This document shows positions 28,138 through 36,903 of a DNA stretch of 64,000 nt, piece by piece. Numbering within the stretch: position 1 is the first letter of the stretch; each line of letters opens with the position of its first letter. The stretch is from Acidimicrobiia bacterium (lineage in GTDB: Bacteria > Actinomycetota > Acidimicrobiia > Spongiisociales > UBA11373): NCBI GenBank assembly GCA_016215655.1, contig JACRIT010000049.1:10-64009 (forward strand). Direction: 5' to 3'. Made by a program: the position numbers and the translations under genes. The notes below the pieces were generated by a model. That model was not told the origin of the DNA. It saw nothing but the letters and a program-made list of their open reading frames with translations, and made no database searches.

Positions 28138-29307
28138 ATGGCGGGTGTCGTCGTCATCCCCTCCTCGCGCGCCGCAGCCCGTCGCGCCCAGATCTCGGAG
28201 CGGGGGATCTCCCGGTCGATCGGGTTCCTCCTCGTGCCCGTGGTGCTGCTCATCATCGTGGGTCTCGGAACGCTGCTCTCGGCCTCATCGGTCGTGGCCC
28301 TGAGGGAGTCCGGCGACGCGCTGTACTACTTCAGGCGCCAGGTGATGTGGCTCATCGGGGGCGTGGTGGCGATGGTCGTGGCGGCGCTGATCCCGCTCCG
28401 CTGGTGGCGACGAATGTCGTTCCCTCTCTTCCTCTCCTCGGTCGCACTCCTCGCCGCGGTCATGTTCTTCGGGGTGCGCGCCAACGGGGCGACGCGGTGG
28501 CTGATCGTGGGGCCGGTGTCGGTGCAGCCATCCGAGATCGCCAAGCTCACCACGGTGCTCTTCATGGCGACCCTCGTGAGCCGTCGCGAGACCCTCATGG
28601 ACCGGGTCTGGCCGTTCCTCTGGCCGCTCCTCGCCTCCGTCGGAGTCGTCGGAGGTCTCGTCATGCTCCAGCCCGACCTCGGCACCTCGCTCCTCGTCGC
28701 CGCCGGGGCATTCTCCATCTTGGTGGCGAGCGCGGTCCCGATGTCGCTCGTCGCCGGTGGTTCGCTGCTCGCCTCCGGTGTCGCCTTCGTCCTCGCCTAC
28801 ACGTCGCCGTACCGGTGGGCCCGGGTCACGGCATTCCTCGATCTGCAGAGCGATCCGCTCGGCTCCTCATACCAGGCGGTGCAGAGTCTGGTGGCACTCG
28901 GCACCGGAGGGCTGTGGGGGGTGGGACTCGGGGCGAGCCGGGCCCGGTGGTCGTTCCTCCCCAATGCGCACACCGACTTCGTCTTTGCCATCCTCGGCGA
29001 GGAGACCGGTCTCGCCGGCTCCCTCACCGTGGTCGCCCTGTTCGCGGCCTTCACCGTCGCCGGGCTCGCCATCGCCCGGCGATGCACCGATCGCTTCGGC
29101 CGGCTTCTCGCCGTCGGCATCACCACCTGGCTGTCGGTGCAGGCGATCGTGAACATCGGCGGGGTCACCGGAGTGCTCCCCATCACCGGCGTGCCGCTGC
29201 CCTTCGTCTCGTTCGGCGGGAGTGCGCTCGTGATCTCGCTGGTGGCGGTCGGGGTGCTGGTGAGCGTGGCACGCCATCCCATCGACGTCGAAGTCGCCGC
29301 CAGGTGA
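28138..29307 (+). CDS. ftsW: Peptidoglycan glycosyltransferase FtsW (SEDS family)
   Basis: Ten predicted TM helices; SEDS motifs (NGATRW, PSEIAKL, HTDFVFA, GVLPITGVPLPFVSFGGSA). Confidence 0.85.
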   Translation: MAGVVVIPSSRAAARRAQISERGISRSIGFLLVPVVLLIIVGLGTLLSASSVVALRESGDALYYFRRQVMWLIGGVVAMVVAALIPLRWWRRMSFPLFLSSVALLAAVMFFGVRANGATRWLIVGPVSVQPSEIAKLTTVLFMATLVSRRETLMDRVWPFLWPLLASVGVVGGLVMLQPDLGTSLLVAAGAFSILVASAVPMSLVAGGSLLASGVAFVLAYTSPYRWARVTAFLDLQSDPLGSSYQAVQSLVALGTGGLWGVGLGASRARWSFLPNAHTDFVFAILGEETGLAGSLTVVALFAAFTVAGLAIARRCTDRFGRLLAVGITTWLSVQAIVNIGGVTGVLPITGVPLPFVSFGGSALVISLVAVGVLVSVARHPIDVEVAAR

Positions 29308-30368
29308 TCGTCGCCATCGCCGCCGCCGGGACGGGGGGACATGTCTACCCCGCCCTGGCCGTGGCCGCGGCACTCGAACACCGCGGCGTCGATCGGGGGG
29401 ACCTGGTCTTCCTCGGGGGGAATCGGATCGAAGCCACCGCCATTCCGGAGGCCGGCTACCGATTTCGTGGCTTCGAACTCACGAAGCTTCGCCGCAGCCT
29501 CAGTGTGGAGAATCTGCGCATCCCGTTCGTCGTGCACCGCACCGCCGGGGCGATGGCCTCGGAGCTGAAACGGAGCGGTGCCAGGGTCGTGTTGGGAATG
29601 GTGGGTTATGTGACCGTATCCGCGGCGCTCGCCGCCCGCCGCGCCGGGATCCCGCTCGTGGTCCACGAGCAGAACTCGGATCCGACGCTGGCGGCTCGCT
29701 TTGGAGCGCGCTACGCCCGCATGACCCTGCTCGGGCTCCCCGGTGCTGCCGAGCGGCTGCCGCGCTCCGAGGTCGTGGGAAACCCGCTGCGAGCCGACAT
29801 CGCCACGTTCGATCGCGGGCGGTGGCGGGCCGCGGCCCGGGCCCGTTACGGCCTGCCGGCGGAGGGGCCGGTGGTGGGCATCCTCGGAGGATCGCTTGGG
29901 GCGATGGCGCTGAACCGGATGGCCGGCGCGGTCGTGGCGGCGGTGGGCTGTCCGGTCCTCCATCTCACCGGACCCGAGGCGCATGGCGTCGGGGATGTCA
30001 CCGACGCATCGCTACCGTGGATCAGGGTCCCCTTTGAGAGCAGCATGCACGACTTCTATGCCGCCGTCGATCTCGTGATCTGCCGGGCCGGGGCGATGAC
30101 GGTGAGCGAGCTCGCCGCCACCGCCACGCCGGCGATATTCGTCCCGCTGGATCGCGTCGGCCAGCGGGCCAACGCTCGCGTCCTCGTCGAAGCCGGCGGA
30201 GCCACCATGGTCCCGCACGACTCGATCGGATCCCTCCCCGGCATCGCTGCCCGACTCGTCGCCGACCCGACGGCGCGGTCGTCGATGACCGCGGCCTCTG
30301 CCCTCCTGGCGCGCCGCGATGCCGCCGACGTCGGCGCGGCGCGGGTGCTCGAGGCCGCCCGTGGCTGA
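29304..30368 (+). CDS. murG: UDP-GlcNAc:lipid I GlcNAc transferase
   Basis: GTGA overlap with ftsW; AAAGTGGHVYPALAVAAAL N-terminal G-loop; C-terminal MurG motifs (RAGAMTVSELAA). Confidence 0.9.
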   Translation: MIVAIAAAGTGGHVYPALAVAAALEHRGVDRGDLVFLGGNRIEATAIPEAGYRFRGFELTKLRRSLSVENLRIPFVVHRTAGAMASELKRSGARVVLGMVGYVTVSAALAARRAGIPLVVHEQNSDPTLAARFGARYARMTLLGLPGAAERLPRSEVVGNPLRADIATFDRGRWRAAARARYGLPAEGPVVGILGGSLGAMALNRMAGAVVAAVGCPVLHLTGPEAHGVGDVTDASLPWIRVPFESSMHDFYAAVDLVICRAGAMTVSELAATATPAIFVPLDRVGQRANARVLVEAGGATMVPHDSIGSLPGIAARLVADPTARSSMTAASALLARRDAADVGAARVLEAARG

Positions 30369-30372
30369 GCTG

Positions 30373-31728
30373 GTGAGTCATCGGCGAGTGCACATGATCG
30401 GTGCCGGCGGCATCGGCATGTCGGGTCTGGCGAAGATCCTCGCGCAAGCGGGTCATCAGGTCTCCGGATCCGACCTCAAGCCGAGTCACGCCCTGAGCGC
30501 CCTCGAGGGGGCGGGCGTCGAGGTCTGGATCGGGCACCGGCCCGAGGTGGCGCCATCGTGGGACCTCGTCGTGGCCTCGAGCGCGGTGCCGGGGCGCGAT
30601 GCCGAGATCGTGGCCGCACGCGCCGCCGGGGTCGAGGTGTGGGAGCGCCCACGACTGCTCTCCGAGATCACGCGCCGGCTCCCCACGATCGGTGTGGCCG
30701 GTACCCATGGGAAGACGTCGGGGTCGGCCATGCTGCTCGCCGGGTTGCGCGCCCTCGGGCGGGACCCGTCGTTCATGATCGGTGGCGAGCTGGTGGACTT
30801 GAACACCAACGCCCACCTCGGCGAAGAGGAGCTGTTCGTGCTCGAGGTCGATGAGGCCTTTGGCACCTTCCTCGCCGTCCACCTGCGCGGGTTGGTGGTC
30901 ACCAACGTCGAATCGGATCACCTCGACCACTACCGCACCGTGGCCCATCTCGAGGCGGCGTTCCACGAGGTGGCGGCCGCGGTAGAAGGTCCGGTCGTGG
31001 CCTGCCTCGACGACGCCGGGGCTCGCCGCCTTGCGGTCGCCGTTCCCGGGGTCGTCGGATACGGCACCGCCCCCGATGCCGTGTGGAGGATCGGGCAGGT
31101 CACGCACGGCGATTCGTCCGTTCGATTCGGGCTGCGCGGTCCCGACGTGTCGTTGGACGTGACCGTCCCCAAGCCGGGTGAGCACGTCGCCAGGAACGCC
31201 GCCGGTGTCCTCGCCCTCCTGGGCGAACTCGGCCTCGATGTCGTCACCGCGGCCGAAGGGTTGCGCGACTTCGCCGGGGTTCGCCGCCGGTTCGAGGTGC
31301 GCAGCCGGATCGGGGGCGTGATCGTGGTCGACGACTACGCCCACCATCCCACCGAGGTGGCGGCGACCATCGCCGCCGCCACGCTCGGCCACCCCGGGAG
31401 AGTGGTGGCGGTCTTCCAGCCCCACCGTTTCACCCGGACCGCGGAACACGGCGTGGCCCTGGGTGCCGCGCTGCGCGGTGCGCAGCACGCCGTCGTCACC
31501 GATGTCTATGCCGCCGGCGAGGCGCCGATCCCGGGAGTCACCGGGCGGATGGTCGCCGAAGCCGCCGTGGCCAGTGGCGTCGACGCGACCTACGTGGCCC
31601 GGCGTGGTGACGTCGCCGCATCGGTGGCGTCGCTGGTTCGTCCCGGCGATCTCGTGCTCCTCATGGGGGCGGGCGACATCACCCTCGTCGGTGACGAACT
31701 GCCGCCCCTCCTGGACGATCGGTCGTGA
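30373..31728 (+). CDS. murC: UDP-MurNAc:L-Ala ligase
   Basis: RVHMIGAGGIGMSGLA N-terminal motif; GTHGKTS P-loop; start is GTG 30373 or ATG 30394. Confidence 0.9.
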   Translation: MSHRRVHMIGAGGIGMSGLAKILAQAGHQVSGSDLKPSHALSALEGAGVEVWIGHRPEVAPSWDLVVASSAVPGRDAEIVAARAAGVEVWERPRLLSEITRRLPTIGVAGTHGKTSGSAMLLAGLRALGRDPSFMIGGELVDLNTNAHLGEEELFVLEVDEAFGTFLAVHLRGLVVTNVESDHLDHYRTVAHLEAAFHEVAAAVEGPVVACLDDAGARRLAVAVPGVVGYGTAPDAVWRIGQVTHGDSSVRFGLRGPDVSLDVTVPKPGEHVARNAAGVLALLGELGLDVVTAAEGLRDFAGVRRRFEVRSRIGGVIVVDDYAHHPTEVAATIAAATLGHPGRVVAVFQPHRFTRTAEHGVALGAALRGAQHAVVTDVYAAGEAPIPGVTGRMVAEAAVASGVDATYVARRGDVAASVASLVRPGDLVLLMGAGDITLVGDELPPLLDDRS

Positions 31729-32627
31729 CCGCGCGCCATCGCCTCGCCACCGCGGGACGGCTGCAGGAAGGTGCCCCATTGGCGCCGCTGACCACCTATC
31801 GATTCGGCGGCCCGGCTCGATTCCTGGTCGAGGCCCACTCCGAAGTCGACCTCGAGGATGCCGCCGACCTTGCCAGGGAAGAAGGCCTCGCCCCCGTGGT
31901 GCTCGGCCGCGGCAGCAACGTCGTGGTGTCCGATCGAGGTTTCGACGGGATGGTGGTTCGCCTTGCCGGCGAGTTCCTCGACCACCGCATCGACGACGCC
32001 GGTGTGGTCCACGCCGGTGGAGCGGTGGCGCTGCCGGTACTCGCCCGGTCGGCAGCTCGGGCCGGCCGCACCGGTCTCGAGTTCTACGTGGGTATCCCGG
32101 GGACCGTCGGCGGTGCGGTGCGGATGAATGCCGGATGCCATGGCAGTGACACTGCGGGTTGGCTGCTCGATGCTCGCGTCTTCTCGCTCGGCGACGCAGC
32201 GGTGCGCCAGGAGACAGCCCGAACCCTCGGCCTCACCTATCGGCACTCGGGTCTGGACACCACCGATGTCGTCGTCCTGGCGCGCTTTCGCACCGAGCCG
32301 GGGACGCCGGCGGACGCCGAGGCCCGCATCCGGGAGATCACGCGCTGGCGCAAGGAGACGCAGCCGGGCGGGACCCTGAACGCGGGAAGCGTGTTCAAGA
32401 ACCCGCCGGGTGATACCGCCGGGCGAATCATCGATCATGTCGGGCTCAAGGGGCTTCGGATCGGCGGCGTCGAGGTGTCTCGCCGGCATGCCAACTTCTT
32501 CGTGGCCGACCCTGGAGCCACCGCCGCCGATGTGCATGCCCTGGTCTTCGAGGTTCGCCGGCGGGTGCTTGCAGAGACCGGCGTCGAGCTGGAGCCGGAG
32601 CTGCGTTTCATCGGGGACTTCTCATGA
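31725..32627 (+). CDS. murB: UDP-N-acetylenolpyruvoylglucosamine reductase
   Basis: FAD-binding domain (LGRGSNVVVSD), GSVFKNP motif; ATGA overlap with murC. Confidence 0.9.
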   Translation: MTARHRLATAGRLQEGAPLAPLTTYRFGGPARFLVEAHSEVDLEDAADLAREEGLAPVVLGRGSNVVVSDRGFDGMVVRLAGEFLDHRIDDAGVVHAGGAVALPVLARSAARAGRTGLEFYVGIPGTVGGAVRMNAGCHGSDTAGWLLDARVFSLGDAAVRQETARTLGLTYRHSGLDTTDVVVLARFRTEPGTPADAEARIREITRWRKETQPGGTLNAGSVFKNPPGDTAGRIIDHVGLKGLRIGGVEVSRRHANFFVADPGATAADVHALVFEVRRRVLAETGVELEPELRFIGDFS

Positions 32628-33370
32628 GCGGAACCGATCGCACGGCGCACGGTGTGCGGGCTTGGCCCTGGCTGGCCCTCGCCACCCTGGCGGCTGCGGC
32701 GGCGTTCGCGCTGCATTCGCCGTGGCTTTCCGTCGGCGAGATCGAGATCGTCGGTGCGGTGCACTCCGACCCGGAACCGCTGATCGCCGCCACCGGCGTG
32801 GGCGAAGGGGCGATCCTCATCTGGGTGGACACCGGCCGCCTCGAACGGGCGGTCGCCGCCGACCCGTGGGTGGCAGACGTCCGCGTGGAGCGGGTGTGGC
32901 CAGATCGCCTCGTGGTCGAGGTGCTCGAGCGCGAGCCGGTGGCGTGGTTCGAGGGGACGACCTCGTGGATGCTGGTGGCGTCCGACGGAACGGTTCTCGA
33001 GGTGGTGGCTGAACCGGGTGGCGGTCACCTTCGTGCCGTGCTCGCCTTTCCCGACCTCGTGCCCGGGGACCGTCCCGCCGATCCGACATGGAACGAGATC
33101 GTGGCCATGGCCGTGACGCTGCGCGACGACTTCGGCGGTGCGATGACGGTCGAGTTGCGGGGAACGGAACTGTGGTCGGAAGCGCTGGGGCATCCCGTGC
33201 GTCTCGGGTACCCGATCGACCTCGCCGACAAGGCGCGCACCCTGCGGGCCCTTCTCGTCGAGGATCTGCCCCGCGGAGCGACCATCGATGTGTCGTCGCC
33301 GCTGCGGCCCGCCGTGGAGGGCGGCGAGAGTCCTCAAGGCGCCGTCGAGGCTACCGAAGAGCAAGTATGA
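32624..33370 (+). CDS. ftsQ: Cell division protein FtsQ (POTRA domain)
   Basis: Single TM, then [10 protein letters not shown]...[29 protein letters not shown]; position before ftsZ. Confidence 0.75.
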   Translation: MSGTDRTAHGVRAWPWLALATLAAAAAFALHSPWLSVGEIEIVGAVHSDPEPLIAATGVGEGAILIWVDTGRLERAVAADPWVADVRVERVWPDRLVVEVLEREPVAWFEGTTSWMLVASDGTVLEVVAEPGGGHLRAVLAFPDLVPGDRPADPTWNEIVAMAVTLRDDFGGAMTVELRGTELWSEALGHPVRLGYPIDLADKARTLRALLVEDLPRGATIDVSSPLRPAVEGGESPQGAVEATEEQV

Positions 33371-33458
33371 TGTCTGGGTCGAGGGCCGACTATCCTTTTT
33401 CGCGTTCCCATCGGGCGCGGACCCGACAGGTCCAAGTCTTGCCCGAGGAGGCGGCAGC

Positions 33459-34574
33459 GTGACGTCGAACGATGGTCTGCAGAGCTACCTGGCGGTCATC
33501 AAGGTTGTCGGTGTAGGCGGTGGCGGCGTCAACGCCGTCAACCGCATGATCGAGGCCGGGCTGCGGGGCGTCGAGTTCGTCGCCGTGAACACCGACGCCC
33601 AGGCGCTGCTCATGTCCGACGCCGATGTCAAGCTCGACATCGGGCGGGAGCTCACCCGCGGTCTCGGCGCCGGAGCCGACCCCGAGGTCGGACGGGCCGC
33701 GGCCGAGGCACACCGCGACGACATCGAGGACGCGTTGCGCGGGGCCGACATGGTGTTCATCACCGCCGGCGAGGGTGGCGGGACCGGAACCGGTGCCGCG
33801 CCGGTCGTCGCAGAGGTGGCGCGCAGCCTCGGCGCGCTCACGGTCGCCGTGGTCACCCGCCCATTCGGCTTCGAAGGCAGGCGGCGTTCGCTGCAGGCCG
33901 AGCAGGGCATCGCCAGCCTCCGCAATGCCGTGGACACCTTGATCGTGATCCCCAATCAGCGACTTCTCGAGCAGGCCGATCCGCACACCTCCATGCTCGA
34001 CGCCTTCGTGATGGCAGACGAGGTGCTGTTGCACGGTGTGGGCGGCATCACCGATCTCATCACGACCCCCGGTCTCATCAACGTCGACTTCGCCGATGTG
34101 AAGTCGGTGATGTGGGGTGCGGGCACCGCGGTGATGGGAATCGGCAAGGCGTCGGGCGAGAACCGCGCCGCGCAGGCAGCGGCGAAGGCGATGGCGAGCC
34201 CGATGCTCGAGAATGGCGTCGAGGGTGCCAGTGGCGTGCTGCTGTCGGTGGCCGGTTCCTCGACCATGACCCTGCACGAGGTGAATGCCGCCGCCACCGC
34301 CGTCGCCCAGCACTGCACGCCCGACGCCAATGTCATCTTCGGGGCGACGGTCGACGACAGTCTCGGCGATGTGATGCGGGTGACGGTGATCGCCGCGGGA
34401 TTCGGCCGGCCCCCCGTCGCCTCGGGCAGCGAGCGCGGGAGAGTCCGCGCTCCGTCCGTGGAGATCCCTGCGGGATCGCGCGCCGGGGGAAGGTCCGAGC
34501 GGACCGCCACCCGCTCCGAGCCGGAGGGTGACGGTCTCGACGATCTGGAGATCCCCGACTTCCTGCGGGGATGA
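33459..34574 (+). CDS. ftsZ: Cell division GTPase FtsZ
   Basis: [13 protein letters not shown] tubulin signature; GTG start behind a GAGGAGG SD. Confidence 0.95.
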   Translation: MTSNDGLQSYLAVIKVVGVGGGGVNAVNRMIEAGLRGVEFVAVNTDAQALLMSDADVKLDIGRELTRGLGAGADPEVGRAAAEAHRDDIEDALRGADMVFITAGEGGGTGTGAAPVVAEVARSLGALTVAVVTRPFGFEGRRRSLQAEQGIASLRNAVDTLIVIPNQRLLEQADPHTSMLDAFVMADEVLLHGVGGITDLITTPGLINVDFADVKSVMWGAGTAVMGIGKASGENRAAQAAAKAMASPMLENGVEGASGVLLSVAGSSTMTLHEVNAAATAVAQHCTPDANVIFGATVDDSLGDVMRVTVIAAGFGRPPVASGSERGRVRAPSVEIPAGSRAGGRSERTATRSEPEGDGLDDLEIPDFLRG

Positions 34575-35197
34575 TTCGCCCCGGTTCCCTGCCCGGGGTG
34601 ATGTTCGGTGGTGCCGCCGATGGTGATCCGCGTCGCGACGCGACAGCCCGCCGCCGGATGGCCGCCGCCGCCGGCATCGGTGTCGACTGGGCGTGGATGC
34701 GCCAGGTGCACGGGGCCACCGTGGTGCGAGCGACCGGTCCCGGCGTTCTTGGAGAGGCCGATGCGGTCTTCACGACGGTTCCGGGTCTTCCACTCGCGGT
34801 CGGCATCGCCGACTGCTATCCGGTGGTCCTCGTGGCCGAGGAGGGAGTCGGCATCGCCCACGCCGGGTGGCGCGGGGTGCTGGCCGGGGTGGTCGCCGAG
34901 CTTCGCGCCGCGATGACCGCCGCCGGTACCGGCCCAACCCGCGCCGCCATCGGTCCCGGGATCGGCCCGTGTTGTTTCGAGGTCGGCTCCGAGGTGGCGG
35001 AGCGGTTTCCCGGGTTCGCCTCGACGACCTCCCGCGGCACCCCGGGCGTCGACCTTCCCGCGGCACTGCGCGCCCAGCTCGTCGGACTCACGGTGTGGGA
35101 GTCGGGCGTGTGCACGATGTCGGATGCGGGATACCACTCGTTTCGGCGCGATGGCACGGCACATCGGCAAGCGGGGGTGGCATGGCTCATCCCATGA
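34571..35197 (+). CDS. pgeF: Peptidoglycan editing factor PgeF (YfiH / DUF152 laccase-domain protein)
   Basis: ADCYPVVL...HAGWRG...GPCCFEVG motifs; conserved slot after ftsZ. Confidence 0.8.
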   Translation: MIRPGSLPGVMFGGAADGDPRRDATARRRMAAAAGIGVDWAWMRQVHGATVVRATGPGVLGEADAVFTTVPGLPLAVGIADCYPVVLVAEEGVGIAHAGWRGVLAGVVAELRAAMTAAGTGPTRAAIGPGIGPCCFEVGSEVAERFPGFASTTSRGTPGVDLPAALRAQLVGLTVWESGVCTMSDAGYHSFRRDGTAHRQAGVAWLIP

Positions 35198-35859
35198 GCG
35201 CCCTCGAGGAGGTGCGCGAGCGGGTGGCGGCGGCTGCCGTCCGGGTGGGGCGCCATCCCGGCGAGATCACGCTGGTGGCGGTGAGCAAGGGCGCCAGCGA
35301 TGCATCCGTGGCCCTGGCGTACGCCGCCGGCATACGCGACTTCGGGGAGAACCGCGCCGATGGACTCGCCAAACGCGCGCCTCGCCTGCCGCCGGATATT
35401 CGCTGGCACTTCGTAGGGCGGCTCCAAGGGAACAAGGTCACCAAGGTGCGAACCCTGGTGCACTTGCTCCACTCCCTCGATCGGCCGGACCTCGCCCGGT
35501 ACTGGGGCAGCGGCGGGGGGCCGATCCCCCCTGCCCTCGTCGAAGTGAATGTCGCCGCCGAACCGAACAAGGCGGGGGTGGCACCCGCCGACGCCGCAAC
35601 CCTGCTCGCCGCCGCCGCCGGGTGCGGCATCGAGGTCCGCGGCCTGATGACCATGGCCCCACTCGGAGCCTCCGGGGAGGCGGCCCGCCCCTACTTCGCC
35701 GCCCTGCGCGACCTGCGCAACCGCCTGCTGCCTGCCCACCCGGGCCTCAGGGAACTGTCGATGGGGATGACCGACGACTATGAGACGGCGGTCGAGGAGG
35801 GTGCGACCATCTTGCGGGTTGGACGGGCTATCTTTCCATCATCCCCGAAAGAGGGTTGA
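35194..35859 (+). CDS. yggS: YggS-family pyridoxal-phosphate homeostasis protein
   Basis: TLVAVSKGAS PLP-Lys motif, HFVGRLQGNKV; ATGA overlap with pgeF. Confidence 0.85.
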   Translation: MSALEEVRERVAAAAVRVGRHPGEITLVAVSKGASDASVALAYAAGIRDFGENRADGLAKRAPRLPPDIRWHFVGRLQGNKVTKVRTLVHLLHSLDRPDLARYWGSGGGPIPPALVEVNVAAEPNKAGVAPADAATLLAAAAGCGIEVRGLMTMAPLGASGEAARPYFAALRDLRNRLLPAHPGLRELSMGMTDDYETAVEEGATILRVGRAIFPSSPKEG

Positions 35860-35864
35860 GGCCC

Positions 35865-36599
35865 ATGGGCCTGTGGCAGAAGACCATGTTCTATCTCGGC
35901 CTGGTGGACGAGGATCGGGTCGGATTCGAGGAGCCTGAAGCGCCGAGGTCCCGCCCCGAGCCGCGCCGCCAGGCTGCCCCCGCCGCCGAGCCATCGCGAC
36001 CGTCGCCGGCGCGGTCGCAACGGACCCCCGAACCGGCACCCGACATGGCGGCGCCGTTGCGCAACCGGGGTGTGGTGCCCCGGGTCGAAGAGCCGGCCGA
36101 GCCCGTACGCACCCCCACCGCGCCCCGCCGTGCCGGTGTCATGCCGCGAGACCCCGAGGTGATCCGCCAGACCTATCCGGGGGTCCAGGGCCGGCGTGTC
36201 GAGCCGCCTTCTGCACCGCGGCGTCGCCCCATGGCGGACCGGGCACTCACCGATGCCGGGGTGGTCGTCCAGCCGTCCGATCGCCCTTCGGTGCGGACCA
36301 TGAGCAGTTCGGATCTGGAGTCGCAGGTGATCGTGGCCCGGTCGTACAACGATGCCCAGGTGCTCGCCGATCACATCCGGGCGAGCGTGCCGGTGGTGCT
36401 CGACCTGCGCAAGGTGGAACCGGCGATGGTGCGACGCCTCGTCGACTTCTCCAGCGGCCTCACCTATGCCCTCGGCGGCTCGATGCGCAAGATCGGCCAG
36501 GGCGTCGTGCTGGTGACTCCGGCAAACGTGAACATCAGTCGCGACGAGCGGCGCCGGCTGATGGACCTCGGGTACTACCAGTCGTCCGACGAGTCGTAG
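35865..36599 (+). CDS. sepF: Cell division protein SepF
   Basis: MGLWQKTMFYLGLVDED N-terminus; Pro-rich linker; C-terminal DUF552 core (VIVARSYNDAQVLADHIRASVPVVLDL). Confidence 0.8.
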   Translation: MGLWQKTMFYLGLVDEDRVGFEEPEAPRSRPEPRRQAAPAAEPSRPSPARSQRTPEPAPDMAAPLRNRGVVPRVEEPAEPVRTPTAPRRAGVMPRDPEVIRQTYPGVQGRRVEPPSAPRRRPMADRALTDAGVVVQPSDRPSVRTMSSSDLESQVIVARSYNDAQVLADHIRASVPVVLDLRKVEPAMVRRLVDFSSGLTYALGGSMRKIGQGVVLVTPANVNISRDERRRLMDLGYYQSSDES

Positions 36600-36603
36600 A
36601 CGC

Positions 36604-36855
36604 GTGGCGGTGCTCTGCTTCCTCATCCAGGCATACGCCCTCGTGGTCTTCGCCCGGATCGTCTTCGAGTGGATCCCGGTCTCCTACGACCACCCCGTGG
36701 CCCGGGTACGCGGGGTGCTGCGGGCGGTCACCGAGCCGCTCCTCAGGCCGCTGCGGGCGATCCTGCCTCCAGTGCGCCTCGGCGGCGTCGGTCTCGACCT
36801 GTCACCGCTGGTGCTCATGCTTGCGCTCAGCCTGCTCGCCGGAGTGATCTGCTGA
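36604..36855 (+). CDS. yggT: YggT-family membrane protein
   Basis: 83 aa, two TM helices; ARIVFEWIP motif; conserved position after sepF. Confidence 0.7.
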   Translation: MAVLCFLIQAYALVVFARIVFEWIPVSYDHPVARVRGVLRAVTEPLLRPLRAILPPVRLGGVGLDLSPLVLMLALSLLAGVIC

Positions 36856-36870
36856 GGAAGAGAGACACCG

Positions 36871-36901
36871 GGTGCCACACTCGCCGTCTGGCATCTGGCA
36901 C
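36871..36901. terminator. Bidirectional hairpin GGTGCCA...TGGCACC between convergent yggT and ileS
   Basis: 7-bp perfect inverted repeat with a 17-nt loop in the 48-bp gap between convergent stop codons. Confidence 0.45.
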
Positions 36902-36903
36902 CG

